A DNA stretch of 64,000 nt from the human T2T-CHM13v2.0 reference genome, Homo sapiens. The stretch lies in assembly GCF_009914755.1 (NCBI RefSeq), contig NC_060927.1; one strand, written 5' to 3'. Positions within the stretch are counted from its first letter, which is position 1; each line of letters begins with the position of its first letter. This document shows, in pieces, positions 1 through 15,200 of this stretch. The notes under the pieces are model-generated. The model was not told the origin of the DNA and did not search any database. It saw only the letters and a program-made list of their open reading frames with translations. The translations under genes were made by a program, and so were the position numbers.

Positions 1-539
1 TCTTGAGCTCCGCATATATCCACTTAGACGTCTTATCCTCACAAATCAATATATTTAAGCATGAATTCGTCACGCCCTTCCACCCTCGAATTGGCTGTAT
101 ATTAACCCTCAAATCTAACCATTTCTATCTCTACTGCCATGACTTTAGTTTCAGATGCCATTATCTACTAATTATGAAAAGAATATCGTAATTGGCCACC
201 TCCAACCCGGCCATCTTATCCACTAGGCACTATAGGCTCTGGGGCTTAGATGTTTTTCAAGGACCTGCAGACTTATTTGAGATCTAGAGAGGGGGTAAAC
301 CTATAAAACTAAAATGATTAAATGTTTTAAAAACACATAATTTTTTCAGCTAGTCAACTGCAATTCAACTCATACTGCTTTTATAAATTACACTGAACAT
401 AAGATGAGAGCGCAATCTAATATTTGATAGTGTGTGAGGAATGTCTAAAACCCAGGAAGGTCTCTCCTTACCCCCAAGTCTGGCTTACATGTCCTGTCTA
501 TATGTTCCTGCAACACTTTGACCCTTCCCTATATGGTGG

Positions 540-980
540 AAAAGGCCAGCTGTCCCTCAATATCTATTTTCTCCTTCTTCCTTAACAATGGAACCCCTAA
601 ATTCTAGCAGGTCACGTGGCTACCTGGCATTAACGTTAATTTCCCTTGCAGCTATTGTGACCCTGCGACTAAGGACTTGGCATTGGGATATATGTAGAAG
701 TGATATGTACAATTTCTAGGAAATGTGCTTAGAGAGAAAACATATCTTTCATTCTCCTTTCCTTCTTCCCATTAGCTGGAATTTGGGTATGACAGCTAAA
801 GCTTGATTAGCCACTTTGAACCATGAGGTAGAATCAAAAAACATAAGCCTGCACTCCTGCTAACCAAGTGGCCACCATACCATGTCTTTGACTTTACATA
901 AGAGAAATAAAACTCTTTTTTAAATTACTAGTATTCTTGGTTTTCTATTACTTGCAAACAAACCTCATCCCAACTGTTAC
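540..980. mobile_element. MLT1-type LTR relic
   Basis: Degenerate MLT1 motifs (TTGCAGCTA, GAACCATGAGG, AGAGAAATAAAA). Confidence 0.55.
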
Positions 981-1736
981 ACACACACAAGGTATTTAGC
1001 ACAGAGATTAAGAGTGTGGTGACTTGTTGGCTTCTCCCAAGAGACTAAGTTCTGTAGAGGCAGAAAACAGAATACATGTAATCCATGGCATACACCCTAC
1101 ATGTCTTTCCCCCGTCTCAACACACACACACACACAAACCACAACTCACATATACTCTGGTCAGTAAATGCAATTCCCATTCCACTCTTACCTTTTTCCT
1201 TAAACTCAATTTTTCTTTTCCTTTTTTTTTTGAGGCAGAGTTTCCCTCTGTCACCCAGGCTGGAGTACAATGGCCCGATCTTGGCTCACTGAGAACTCCA
1301 CCTCATGCCTCAGCCTCCCGAGTAGCTGGGACTACAGGCATATGCCACCACGCCTGGATAATTTTTGTATTTTTAGTAGAGACGGGGTTTCACCATGTTG
1401 CCCAGGCTGGTCTCAAACTCCTGGCCTCATGTAATCTGCATGCCTCAGCCTCCCAAAGTGCTGGGATTACAGGCATGAGCCACCATGCCTGGCATAAACT
1501 CTATTTTTCATCATCAATCCCCTCCTCTTGGAAACTAAACTGAGACACCTTGAGAAAGAAAATCACCTAAAAATCGACAGTGTTAAAATAAAGAATGTTC
1601 GTCAATAAAAAACAATGTCCCCCGAACAGATCTAATATAATGTTATCATCAGATATGAAAAAATAATTTGAATATAATGACATTTTTATACATATAAAAT
1701 TTGTATGTATATGTATAGAACTATTACACGTAGCCA

Positions 1737-2099
<363 letters not shown>

Positions 2100-2454
2100 C
2101 TATAATTTTAAGATTCTAAAATTTTTTTATTCAAATAACAAGATACAAGTTTTCAGGAAATAAAAAAGAGCTATAACTCAACTGAAAAGCAAATTGGAAC
2201 AATAACTCAATTATCCAAATGTATAAAATTTAAATATAAGTCCAGTTATGTAGACTGCAAAACAAACACTTTGTTTTTAAATTCTCCTTTTCAATACCTT
2301 CACATGCAAACTATAACATAAGGTTCTTTTTACCTTTGATTTCATTTTTTGGGTATACCCAAAACGCAAACATTTGAGTATTTAACCCATATATAAATCT
2401 GCTATAGCATCCAACTTCATTCTTCATTAAGTAAATAAAACATCAAGTCCTCCT

Positions 2455-2831
2455 TGATATGATTTGGCTGTGTCCCCACCCAAAATCTCATCTTGAATTA
2501 TAATCCCCATAATCCTCACGTGTCAAGAGAGACAAGGTGGAGGGAACTGAGTCATGGGGGCGGTTTCCCCCATGCTGGTACTCGTGATAGTGAGTGAGCT
2601 CTCACGAGATCTGATGGTTTTATAAGTGTTTGGTAGTTTCTCCTGCGTTCATTCTCCCCTCTGCTGCCTTGTGAAAAAGATGCCTTGCTTTCCCTTTGCC
2701 TTCTGCCATCATTGTAAGTTTCCTGAGGCCTCCCCAGCCATGCAGAACTGTGAGTCAATTAAACCTCTTTCCTTTCTAGATTACCCAGTCTCAGGCAGCT
2801 CTTTATAGCAGTGTGAGAACAAACTAGTACA
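2455..2831 (+). mobile_element. THE1-type (THE1D-like) MaLR solo LTR, copy A
   Basis: TGATAT...TACA termini, MaLR core CCTCCCCAGCCATG...TGTGAGTCAATTAAACC; CCTCC on both flanks (imperfect TSD). Confidence 0.9.
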
Positions 2832-2909
2832 CCTCCAATATGCTAAATTTCTTTAAAAATACAAATACCAATGTATAAAACAGAATCAAGAAATATACTG
2901 CAACATTAC

Positions 2910-3005
2910 CTGTGCACCAAGATCCTTCATGTAGGGTCCAAGTTCACTAAACAGATCATATCCTTGATGAAAGAAGGCCAAATGGGCATACATAAATGAC
3001 AACAT
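2910..3005 (-). CDS. ACAP2: ACAP2 exon 8 (96 nt): MLSFMYAHLAFFHQGYDLFSELGPYMKDLGAQ
   Basis: ttccctattag|ATGTTG...GCACAG|gtaatg; phase 0-0. Confidence 0.96.
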
Positions 3006-4849
3006 CTAATAGGGAAAAAAAGATGACCATTTTAAAATCTATTCCTAGATAGACATTCTGAAATATTACATATATATATAAAAATATATAAAAGACAGGG
3101 TCTTGCTCTGTTTGCTCTGTCGCCCAGACCTGGCATGCAGTGGCATGGACACAGTTCACTGCAACCTGGACCTCCCAGGCTCAGGTGATTCTCCCACTTC
3201 AGCCTCCTAAATAGCTGGGACCACAGGCATGTGCCACTATGCTCAGCTAATTTTTTTATTTTTGTAGAGACAAAGTCTCGCCATGTTACCCAGGCTGATC
3301 TCAAACTCCTGGGTTCAAGCAATCCTCCCACTTCCGCCTCCAAAAGTCCTGGGATTATAGGCGTGAGCCACCATGCCCAGCTCACCAAATCTATTTGAAA
3401 ATTAAACTGAGTCATCTGTTTTAAAAGTGTATTTCAAAAATATTTTCAAATACAATGAAAATAAATTTTATTTAAAAGAAATTTCCCAGTGGTTTAACAT
3501 TTTTAAAATGCTCAAAATTTTAGTTGTTTAGACTATATCTAGGTGATCAAAATGTATACAGCAGATTCAAATAATCCAATTTTCAATAACTCTACTATCT
3601 TCCTAGGTCCATTATAAAGTATTTATGTGCTCCTTCAACCAAGCTCACTGACAAACTTTAAATTGCAAAAAAGACAAAAAGATAAGAGAAATATAAAGTG
3701 CTCAAAATAAAACACAAACGCTTTACAATCTACGAGAGCACAAGCATAACCTAAAGTAGGAGAACGCTGGGTTTTTCTCTCAAGATACCAAAATAAAATG
3801 AGTCAACCGAATTTGCCAACATGGAAGTTTCTTTACATTCATTCCACAAATCTAAAAAGCTGACATTAATGGGCAGAGATTTGTCCAAGTTTTCCTATAT
3901 CTTACCTATTTTAAAGAGAAAAATCACCCTCATTTTAATTAAGTTTTTACATGGAAGGAATTACATAATTAAATGAATAATACTGAAAAAATATTCTAAA
4001 CATCCATATTATTTTCAACAAGTGGCATCTGTTCAATTTTCTGACGTCTAAAACAGGTCATAAAGTCCTTAATACTCAAAAATCCTCCAAAAAAAACTAT
4101 TTTCAAAAAAAAAAAAACCATTAAAACACAGAGGCAAAAGGATAAAACTCAGAAGAGGAAAATTATTCTGGAATTAGATAATAGTGATCATTGAACAAAT
4201 TTGTGAATAAAAACCAATAAATTATTTTAAAAATTGATTAAAAATTTAAAAAGAGGGATGGGATTAATAGCTAGGACTACATAAAAATATAAAATATGCC
4301 TGTACATCAAAATGCAAAACAAGCATATTAAAAGACAAATGATAAACTAGGGAAAAACCCATGACAAAGAGTTAACAGACTTAAGATGTAAGAGATGTTA
4401 TAAATCAACATGAAAAAGATGAACACTCCAACAGAAAAAGAGACAAAGGACATATGAGGTACATAAGTGGCCAAAAAACACGGAAAAATGTTCAAACTCA
4501 TTTGTATTAACAAAACGCAAAACTGAATAATGAGATCATGCTTTCTATCCAACAAACTAGGGGCAGCATGGGGGAAAAACTGCAATGCTCAGTGTTGGTA
4601 AAATGTGGAGAAATATCCATTTTCACACAATATTAGGGGAAATATTGTATAACCTTTGAAATTTGATGATATTTTTCTAAAGCCTTAATCCTTTGACTAT
4701 GTAATCTCTTGTTTATAAATAAATCTATCCTAAGAAAATAATAAGATTATTCATTAGAATGATCAGGACAATGCTATGTTCTAAGGTCAAAAACAAGGAA
4801 ATTATTTGAATATTCATTAATAGGTGAAATTAATTTATGGTATATTCCT

Positions 4850-5178
4850 TCAAGGTCAGTAAACTATGACCTGCAAACTTTATCAGGGCTCACCACCTGT
4901 TTTTTGATAGTCCATGAGCTACGAATGGTTTTTACATCTTTAAATGATTTAAAGGCAATGAAAATATATGAAATTTATGATATGTGAAAATTATATGAAA
5001 TTCAAATTTCTGTGTTTATAAATAAAGTTTTATTGGAACACAGTCATAGCCATTCATTTACATACTGTCTCTCTCATTATAATAGCACAGTTGAATAATT
5101 CCAACAGAGACCATGAGGCCTGTAAAACCTACCATATTTACTACCAGGACTTTTACAAAAAACATGTGCCAACCCCTA
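4850..5178. mobile_element. MER58B-like hAT-Charlie relic
   Basis: AAATAAAGTTTTATTGGAACACAG core and GCCAACCCCT terminus. Confidence 0.75.
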
Positions 5179-5688
5179 GAATATTCAGGTGGTAGAATTC
5201 TACCTGGCCACAAAAGCCATCATTAAATAAAGGATATTTAATGACATATAACTTTGCAGTGTATTAGTGAAAAAAGAAAGTTATAAAATAGTATGTAGGA
5301 ATGATTCCCATTAAAAAATTAAATGTGATTTTAAAAGGCATATATTCAAGTTCATGCACACACACATGCACACACACAGAAAGAGAGAAAAAGACAAAGA
5401 TGTATGCCAAGATATGAATAGTGGCTTCCCCTTGGTAGCAGAATTTCTAAGTAGTTTTTATTTTTCTTCATACACATTCTAATTTTCTACAATTAATACA
5501 CATTACTGTCAATCTCGAAAACAAGTGGGGTATAAATATTATCTTTTAGAAAACAGGAAGTACAATGTGTTTACCTGATAAGATATAACACAAATATATA
5601 CATAAAATTTAGAAAAAAGCTAGGTGGGGACAAGAATCTAAGGCAACTTAAGCATAGCCTTTTGGGGAAAAAGTAAGTCAGTAAGTAA

Positions 5689-6155
<467 letters not shown>

Positions 6156-6813
6156 TGAAGAGGCTCAAGGAAAAAAGTGATCCCCAAATTTCATCCCACT
6201 GGTTTTGTAACTGCATACGGAAGAACAAACCAAAAGACTGACCCACCATCAACTTTAAGGGAAAAATTCTCCAAATGATACTATTCATATAAATCCTCAA
6301 TCTCAAATATTTTTGAAGTCCAAATAATGCCAAAAATTATAGAGAAAAATGTAAATATGTTGAAAGAGGCTGGGAAAAAAATTTTAAAGCAAAACAAGTA
6401 AGAAAAAATTAAAAACCTAAGTGTAACAGTTTTTTATGTTGATAACTTTCAAAACAAATTCTGAAATATTCTCACAGGTTTTTATACCAAACATTTTTAG
6501 TTATTCACCAAATGGTACTGGGCATCTAGTGCATGTAAAGCAACATATGAGGATAAAAGAAAACAAAAACATAACAGTATAGAGTCTACCTTTATGGACC
6601 TCACAGTGTATCAACAGATGAGACACACAAACAACTGTAACATGAAGGAGACAAAAAGAAGTCCAGTGCCACATAAGAAACACAAATGAAGATCAAAAAG
6701 AAGAGCAATTATAAACCTTATCATGTATATAGCAGATGCTCTTTCAACACCTAAATACGTACATTTAGTTTCATATTAAAATATTTAAAACATCATTTCA
6801 ATTAATGTCTTAC

Positions 6814-6858
6814 TGATTTTAGGATTTCTGATCTCCTTTTTGATTGAAGAACATTAAT
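6814..6858 (-). CDS. ACAP2: ACAP2 exon 7 (45 nt): INVLQSKRRSEILKS
   Basis: ttttccctcag|ATTAAT...AAATCA|gtaaga; phase 0-0. Confidence 0.96.
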
Positions 6859-7199
6859 CTGAGGGAAAACACACGTGGTTAATCACCCATGCATTATTTT
6901 AAAGCTAATCCATAATGCAATATTGTAAAGCTTATTTTAATGGTTTAATACTTTTCGAAAAAGCAAATAAAAACAAAGCTCAAGCTTTTTCATCCTTCAA
7001 CTATCCTTTTGCAAAACACAGTTAAGACAAACATTCCAGTGAAATTCTCGTACATTTCTGAGCTAAAAGAAAAACTGGTTATTTAACCGATATTAGAGTG
7101 ATGGAACTATTTTGACATCTGAAGCTCTGGGAATTCCATCTTTTTCCCACCCTCTTTATCTAATTGCTCATCAAAGTTTCACATACAACCTAAATGTAA

Positions 7200-7556
<357 letters not shown>

Positions 7557-7782
7557 TGACCTCAAGTGATCCACCCGCCTTGGCCTCCCAAAGTGCTGGA
7601 ACTACAGGCGTGAGCCACTGCGCCAGGCCCATCTTAAAAAATTATAAATAAGATCATGTTACCTCTACCTTAACACCCTCCAACTTCCTACCATGGCCGG
7701 CAAGGCCCAGTGTGATGTGGCCCCTACCTACCTTACCTCTTCGACCTAGTTTTCTATTACCTTCCCACTTTCTGTACTCCGA

Positions 7783-7866
7783 CCTGAGCCCGGGGCCACT
7801 CCCACCTCAACCTGAGCCCGGGGCCACTCCCACCTCAACCTGAGCCTGGGGCCACTCCCACCTCAA
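7783..7866. repeat. Minisatellite, 3 x 28 bp CCTGAGCCCGGGGCCACTCCCACCTCAA
   Basis: Three direct copies, one C>T change in copy 3. Confidence 0.95.
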
Positions 7867-8809
7867 TGCCTTTGCACTGGCTGTTCTGTGCACACGCCAT
7901 GATGTTCCGCCCAGATGGGTATCAGGCTATCTCCTACCAATCAGGTCTCAAATACCATCTCCTCACAAAGGTCTATGCTAGCTTCTTACGTACTGTCTAG
8001 TACATCAACCTCATTTATTTTACTCAGAACATTTATAACTACCTTATATTTTCTGATTTGTGTCTTCTCCCTAACCGAAGTGTAAATTCTAGTGAGACCA
8101 GGGTCTTTGCCTTATTCCCAGCTGTAGTGGCACACACTAAGCACTCAATAAATATTTCTTAAATAAATTAACAGGTTTTGTTTTTAGAGACAGAGTCTCA
8201 CTCTGTTGCCCACCCTGGCCGGAGTGCAGTGGCATGATCAGATCTCACTGCAGCCTCGAACTCCTGGGCACACAATCCTCCTGCCTTAGCCCCCAGCAAT
8301 GCTCCCATCTCAGCTTCCCGAGTAGCTGGGTAGCTGGGACTACAGGTGCACACCACCAGACCTGGCTAACTTTTTTTACTTTTTGTAGAGACAGGTTCTC
8401 ACTGTGTTGCACAGTCTGGTCTCAAACTCCTCGCTTCAAGCAATCCTCCTGCCTTGGCCTCCCAAAGCACTGGGATTACAGGAATGAGCCCCTGCACCCG
8501 GCCAGATTTTAAGTAAATGTTTTAATTAGACTAAATTTACTGAAAGATCAATAAATTAAAAGATTTGCCTTTTAGAGGATCTCTCCCAACTCCAGAAATT
8601 CACAACAAACATTTTATTTTTGTCTGTTATTATCTATCAGCTTAATGAAATGTTTAAAAAAAGAATCATTCACTCTTTGCCAATACTGTCAAAAGATTAT
8701 ACAATATCTTTTTAATATGTCCTTCCCACTGAATTCTGTATTTTATCAAATAATTTTAAAGCACTAAATTAAAAAAAAAAACAGAACAAGAAAAATCTAA
8801 GTAACTTTA

Positions 8810-9139
<330 letters not shown>

Positions 9140-11033
9140 CTAGTTTCTTCTGCATGTATTTCAAAGCCTATTCAGTTTAGAGAACTACAATATTCACTTT
9201 CAAATGCTCTAAGTAAAGAAGAAGCTGCAAATAGCCTACTACTCAAACACTGAATAATGTTAAAATGCCTGTTTGATATGTCTTTTTTTCTATTTGAAAA
9301 AATTAAGTGCTATATAAAATTTTTAAATTTAAATGTTATATATAAAAATAAAATGCTATATAAAATAGGATTTTTATATTATATAATATTTAAATTATAT
9401 AGCATTTAAATTATTGGAGGAAAAAAGTAAACTCAAATATTTAGAGTAGTTAAAAGCAAGACAAACTTTATACATTTGGATATCTATTACTTACTACTCT
9501 CTAAAGTAGACATAAATGAAATAAAGGCCATAAAATGATACAATAATTCCCATCAGAAAAATCAAACAAACTAATAGTTATTTGTTGGGGGTGGTGGGCA
9601 TGAGGAGGCAGTGTGAGGATTCCTAACTTACATATGGACATCCAAGAAAATAATGTGTAAGTTTAAAAATAATGAAAATTTTAGCTAATCCTCCCAGTAT
9701 AAAATTTGTAACATTAAGCCGTTCACTCTCTCAAAAAACATTTACTACATATCTATTTTCTAACCACTGGACTAGAGGCTAGGGATACAATCTAGAAATA
9801 GAAAAAATATATAAATAAATATTTACAATAAATGCGTAAGTAGTCTAACTGCAATGTGTACAAAAATACGGCAACACAGAGAAGGCAGAGGCAAAAATTA
9901 TTCCTTCTGGCCTGGAGAAGTCTGAGTAACCCGGATCACAAAACAGAGAGTGAATTAGTGACAGGGCAGGTAAAAGCAATGCAAGGCAGACCAATTTCAT
10001 GAGAAGACTTTAATACTCCAGACAAGAAACAGTAAGACTTAGGGCTGCAGCAAAGGTGAAGAAAGAACCAATTTAAGAGGTACACAGGAGGAATTTTCAA
10101 GACATTTTGGCAACTAGATATACTGGCTTACAATGAGGAGAATATCTGATATAATTCTCTCATTTCGAACTTCTATGAGAGTAAAAAAGTGACACCATTC
10201 AATTAGATAAGGGCAAAAGGGAAAGAGAAGCCATTTTGGAAGATAAGAGATTTCAGTTTTGAATACAATGAGAACAAAGTACCTCTGGGGAAAAAACATT
10301 TGGTCATCTACCTATAATAACAGGTGGTGATTCAAGCAAGGGGCATGATGAGACTGACAGAAAACAATAAAGTAAGAAAAGAAAAGAATAAAACCAAAGA
10401 TGAAACCCTAAAAAGGAGAGTGAAAAGGCAGACAAAGGAGTGAAGCCCAAGACAGAAATGGAAAAGAAATAGAAGTTGGGAGGAAGACCTAAAAGCAGTT
10501 TCAGATAAATCAAGATAAAAGAATGTTTCAAGAAGGAGAGTGTGGTCCACCACTGCAGTAAAACAGAATAGTCAAGTTGGTTAAAAACTGAAATACGTCT
10601 AGTGAATAAAACCTCTGCATGAGCCATTTCAGTGGGTTAGGCAGGGTGAGTACCCTGTAGTGTGGGTACACTACAGCAGAAAATGGTATAATGTGAGGTA
10701 GGTAACAGGACCCAGGAAATACACTACTCCAGTCCAGTATCCTTTCCTCCAAAAGTACAGTCTATTCATCTTAAAAATTTAACTTCCCACTTACTGAACA
10801 GGAACTTAATAGAAAAAAAACTTAAAGTTAATTTTCTATTGTTTTGCCAAGTTACCTAAGTAATTTTTAATCACTAATTTCTATTTGGTTACTTGTATTT
10901 TTTCTTAAGAAATATTCTGTGATCATTGTGAAGTAAACAATCTCTGAGGACAACCACTATTGTTTTGTAAAAGGAGATTTATATAAGGTAATTCCCTAAG
11001 CATTAAAGTTTTTTTAGGCTTTAAATTCCATGA

Positions 11034-11506
<473 letters not shown>

Positions 11507-11714
11507 AGATTTCTAGTTTTTAAAAACAGCACCTAAAGCAAAAATATGATAACACTACTTCTAGAAAGATTTTTCATTTGGCAATATGGTGAACCTTAGT
11601 ACCTCTAAGAATCTAATCTAAAGAAATAAGAAGTGTAAAGATGTTATTATCACTCACAATTATTGAAAATTATATTTTCCCTATTGTCAGTAAAAACTTG
11701 AACACCACAAATGT

Positions 11715-12035
11715 CTGTTACAGCAACTTAGAAGGAACTAGGGGCCCTTATCCTAAAGGAAGTAACACAGGAACAGAAAACCAAATGCCGTGTGTTGTCA
11801 CCTATAAGTAGGAGCTAAGTTATAGGTTCTCAGGGGCATACAGAGTGGTGTAATGTGCACTGGAGACTCAGAAAGGGGGGAAGGTGGGAGGGAGGTGATG
11901 GATGAAAAATTTCCTGTTGGGTACAATGTATACTACTGGAGTGACAGATACAATAAAAGCCCACACTTCACCACTATGCAATTCACCATGTGACCAAAAA
12001 CCCACTTGTACCCCTAAACTTATTGAAATAATAAA
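11715..12035 (+). mobile_element. L1PB-type 3' end fragment
   Basis: GGAACAGAAAACCAAATGCC...GGGTACAATGTATACTA...AATAAA L1 3'UTR motifs. Confidence 0.75.
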
Positions 12036-12353
12036 ATGGTATAATAAAAGATAGTTAAATTGACATAACAACTCCAGAGAATAACATATAGCAACTAAAA
12101 ATGCTTTTTAACATTTTAAAATGGGAAATATAATGTTAAGAGAAAAGAGGCAGAACTCAGAACCAAAGGAATATATATCCATACACACACAGGTACACTA
12201 ATAGCTACACAGATGGAAATTTTCCACCTAAGATTATGTTTTAACTTTAAGTTCAGAGTAAAAGTATTTATTCTTCTTAGGGCGATCACTCAAAAGTAAC
12301 AACCTGTTTAAGTAAGCACTGTCTGAAAACATACACAGTAAGAAACTATATAC

Positions 12354-12537
12354 CTGAAGCACATAATCGAGGGCTATGTGTCGGAAACATTTTCTTGTTG
12401 CTGTCAGAATGTTGGTGGCTTCTTCAACTTCATGTTGTTTGTTTCTTTGTACTTGGGCATTTTTTACTAACGCATTTTCTTTTTCTTCACTGACTTTTTC
12501 GAATTGCTTCTTGGCATCTTTGAATTTTCTAAGATCT
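12354..12537 (-). CDS. ACAP2: ACAP2 exon 6 (184 nt): (E)DLRKFKDAKKQFEKVSEEKENALVKNAQVQRNKQHEVEEATNILTATRKCFRHIALDYVLQ
   Basis: ttttcttag|AGATCTT...CTTCAG|gtatat; lies inside ORF 12234..12581; phase 2 to 0. Confidence 0.97.
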
Positions 12538-12772
12538 CTAAGAAAAGAAAAACTTAGTGAAACTTTTATAACTTGCTTCATTAAAAAACTTTAGCAGGCT
12601 GGGCGCGGTGGCTCACACCTGTAATCCCAGCACTTTGGGAGGCCGAGGTGGGTGGATCATGAGGTCAAGAGATCGAGACCATCCTGGCCAACATGGTGAA
12701 ACCCCATCTCTACTAAAAATACAAAAAAATTAGCTGGTCATGGTGGCATGTGCCTGTAGTCCCAGTTACTCA

Positions 12773-12892
<120 letters not shown>

Positions 12893-14379
12893 TTAGCAAA
12901 ATAACATTTAGAATTGAATTCCTATGTTCCTCCATTTTTTGTTTCACCTCACATTGAAACACATTCACTCTTCAAACTAAAATATGTATTGTTTCTCAAT
13001 TTTGTATAAATCCTGATAAAGTCAGCTAAAATTTCATTATTTAAATCTACATAACTTGAGATGACAATAAATTATCTAATTAACATTACAGAAACATAAA
13101 GTTAATTGTTTTTCTAAAGACAAATTCAGGGACATGTACCATTATTTAACCAAACGATTTTTAAACGGTAGTATACATAAGAATCTCTACAGGGCACTGG
13201 TTAAAAATGCAAATTCCAGAGCCCTTTCCGAGAGATTATGATTCTTTAGCCCTCGAGAAAAATCCTAGAAATCTGAGGAGTATTTTTTAAGACACGTCCT
13301 TGATTTTACTACCATGGGTGGTCTACAGATCACACTCTAAGAAACAACATTGATTTCTCATGCTGTGGCATGATCATAGCTCACTGCAGCCTTAAAGTCC
13401 TGGGCTCAAGCGATCCTCACACCTCATGCCTTTCAAGCAGCTGGGACGACAGGCACATGCCACCACACAAGGCTAATTTTTATTTTTTATTTCTGTGGTC
13501 TCACATTATTGCCCAGGCTGGAACACATCAATTTCTGAAAGAATCGTTACATCAGCAATGAATAACAGTATCCCTTTTAATAGTCTGAAAATCTGAAACA
13601 CTTGGTTCATTAATGATCTTAGTCACATAACATCCCTTTGCTTTTATTTTTCTACTAGGGAGCTAGGTAAAATAACTTGAAGACAAATGATTTTATAAAA
13701 ACCATAATAAAGTATATGTAAGAAAGACATTCAACTCCTTGAAAGATGCCATAAACTGTTATGTGTGCATTCTATGAAGACATTCTGAGTGTTCATCACA
13801 AAGTAATTTATAAAGAATTTGGTTGGGTGCCTGTAATCCCAGTGCTTTGGGAGGTTAAGGTAAGAAAACTGCTTTGAGGCCAGGAGTTTGAGACTAGCCT
13901 CAGCAACATAGTGAGACTTGCCTCTACAAATAATAAAAAATAAAAGATAAATTAGCCAGAAGTGGTGGTCCACGCCTGTAGTCCTAACTACTCAGGAGGC
14001 TGAGGTGGGAGGATCACTTCAGCCCAGGAATTCGAGGTTACAGTGAGTTATTATCAAGCCACTGTACTCCAGCCTGGGTAACAGAGTCAGACCCTGTCTC
14101 TATATTTAAAAAAGAAAAAAACAAAAGAAAAGAAACTGTAATACATAACCTCCAGAACAACAAATTCTAACCTATTAAAACAGTGTACTATCTTAATGAG
14201 ATCTAACACCACTGTACAGCTCTATTATAATAAACTTTAATTTTATATATTCCCAGCCAGGAATCAAAAGAGAAAAACCTGTATTATTAATGTGAAAAAG
14301 AAAAACTTTCCTAATATGGAAATCTCTGATTTTTAAAATTTCTAGTTCTATTTTATTTCACAAAGAAAATGTGAGGTGA

Positions 14380-14628
<249 letters not shown>

Positions 14629-15141
14629 TGACCTCAGGTGATCCACCCGCCTCAGTCTCCCAAAGTGCTGGGATTACAGGCGTGAGCCACTGCGCCCCGG
14701 CCCAAAAATCATGTACTTTCATGGCTCATTCTCGTATATTCCATTATCTTCTCTTCAAAGAAAATACCACATTGAAACAATGGAAAACACAGTTTCAACT
14801 ACAATAACTAATAGTATTTCAACCACTTTTGGGGTTTGCTTTGATGGTGAAAGAACAATTAGATTATTTACATTAAAAATATTTTTTAAACCTATAGCTA
14901 CATATCCTAGCCAAGTATCTTCCAGAACACGTATTTGTGGAATAAGTGATTCACTGAAAGACATCAAGTCTAATTTACTTATAGAGTAATTTAGGAAGAA
15001 ATGCAGCATGCATTTCACAAAGCAAACAAAATGTCAATATTTTCAATAATTCATGGTATATAACTTCTTCCAAAAGATACGAATTCTCAGATTGATCATT
15101 AACTAGTTAATTTTCTTTCCTCTTCACCGCAATTGACTTAC

Positions 15142-15200
15142 TCTTTAACAAAGTTCTGAAGCTGTGCCTTAATTGATCTCTGAGTTTGGTCAAACAGGAT
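15142..15200 (-). CDS. ACAP2: ACAP2 exon 5 (59 nt): ILFDQTQRSIKAQLQNFVK(E)
   Basis: tattttttag|ATCCTG...AAAGA|gtaagt; phase 0 to 2. Confidence 0.96.

Noticed and set aside
7783-7866. 28-bp repeats resembling a CRISPR array
   Set aside because: The units are directly adjacent with no spacers, there are no cas genes, and the context is a primate intron.
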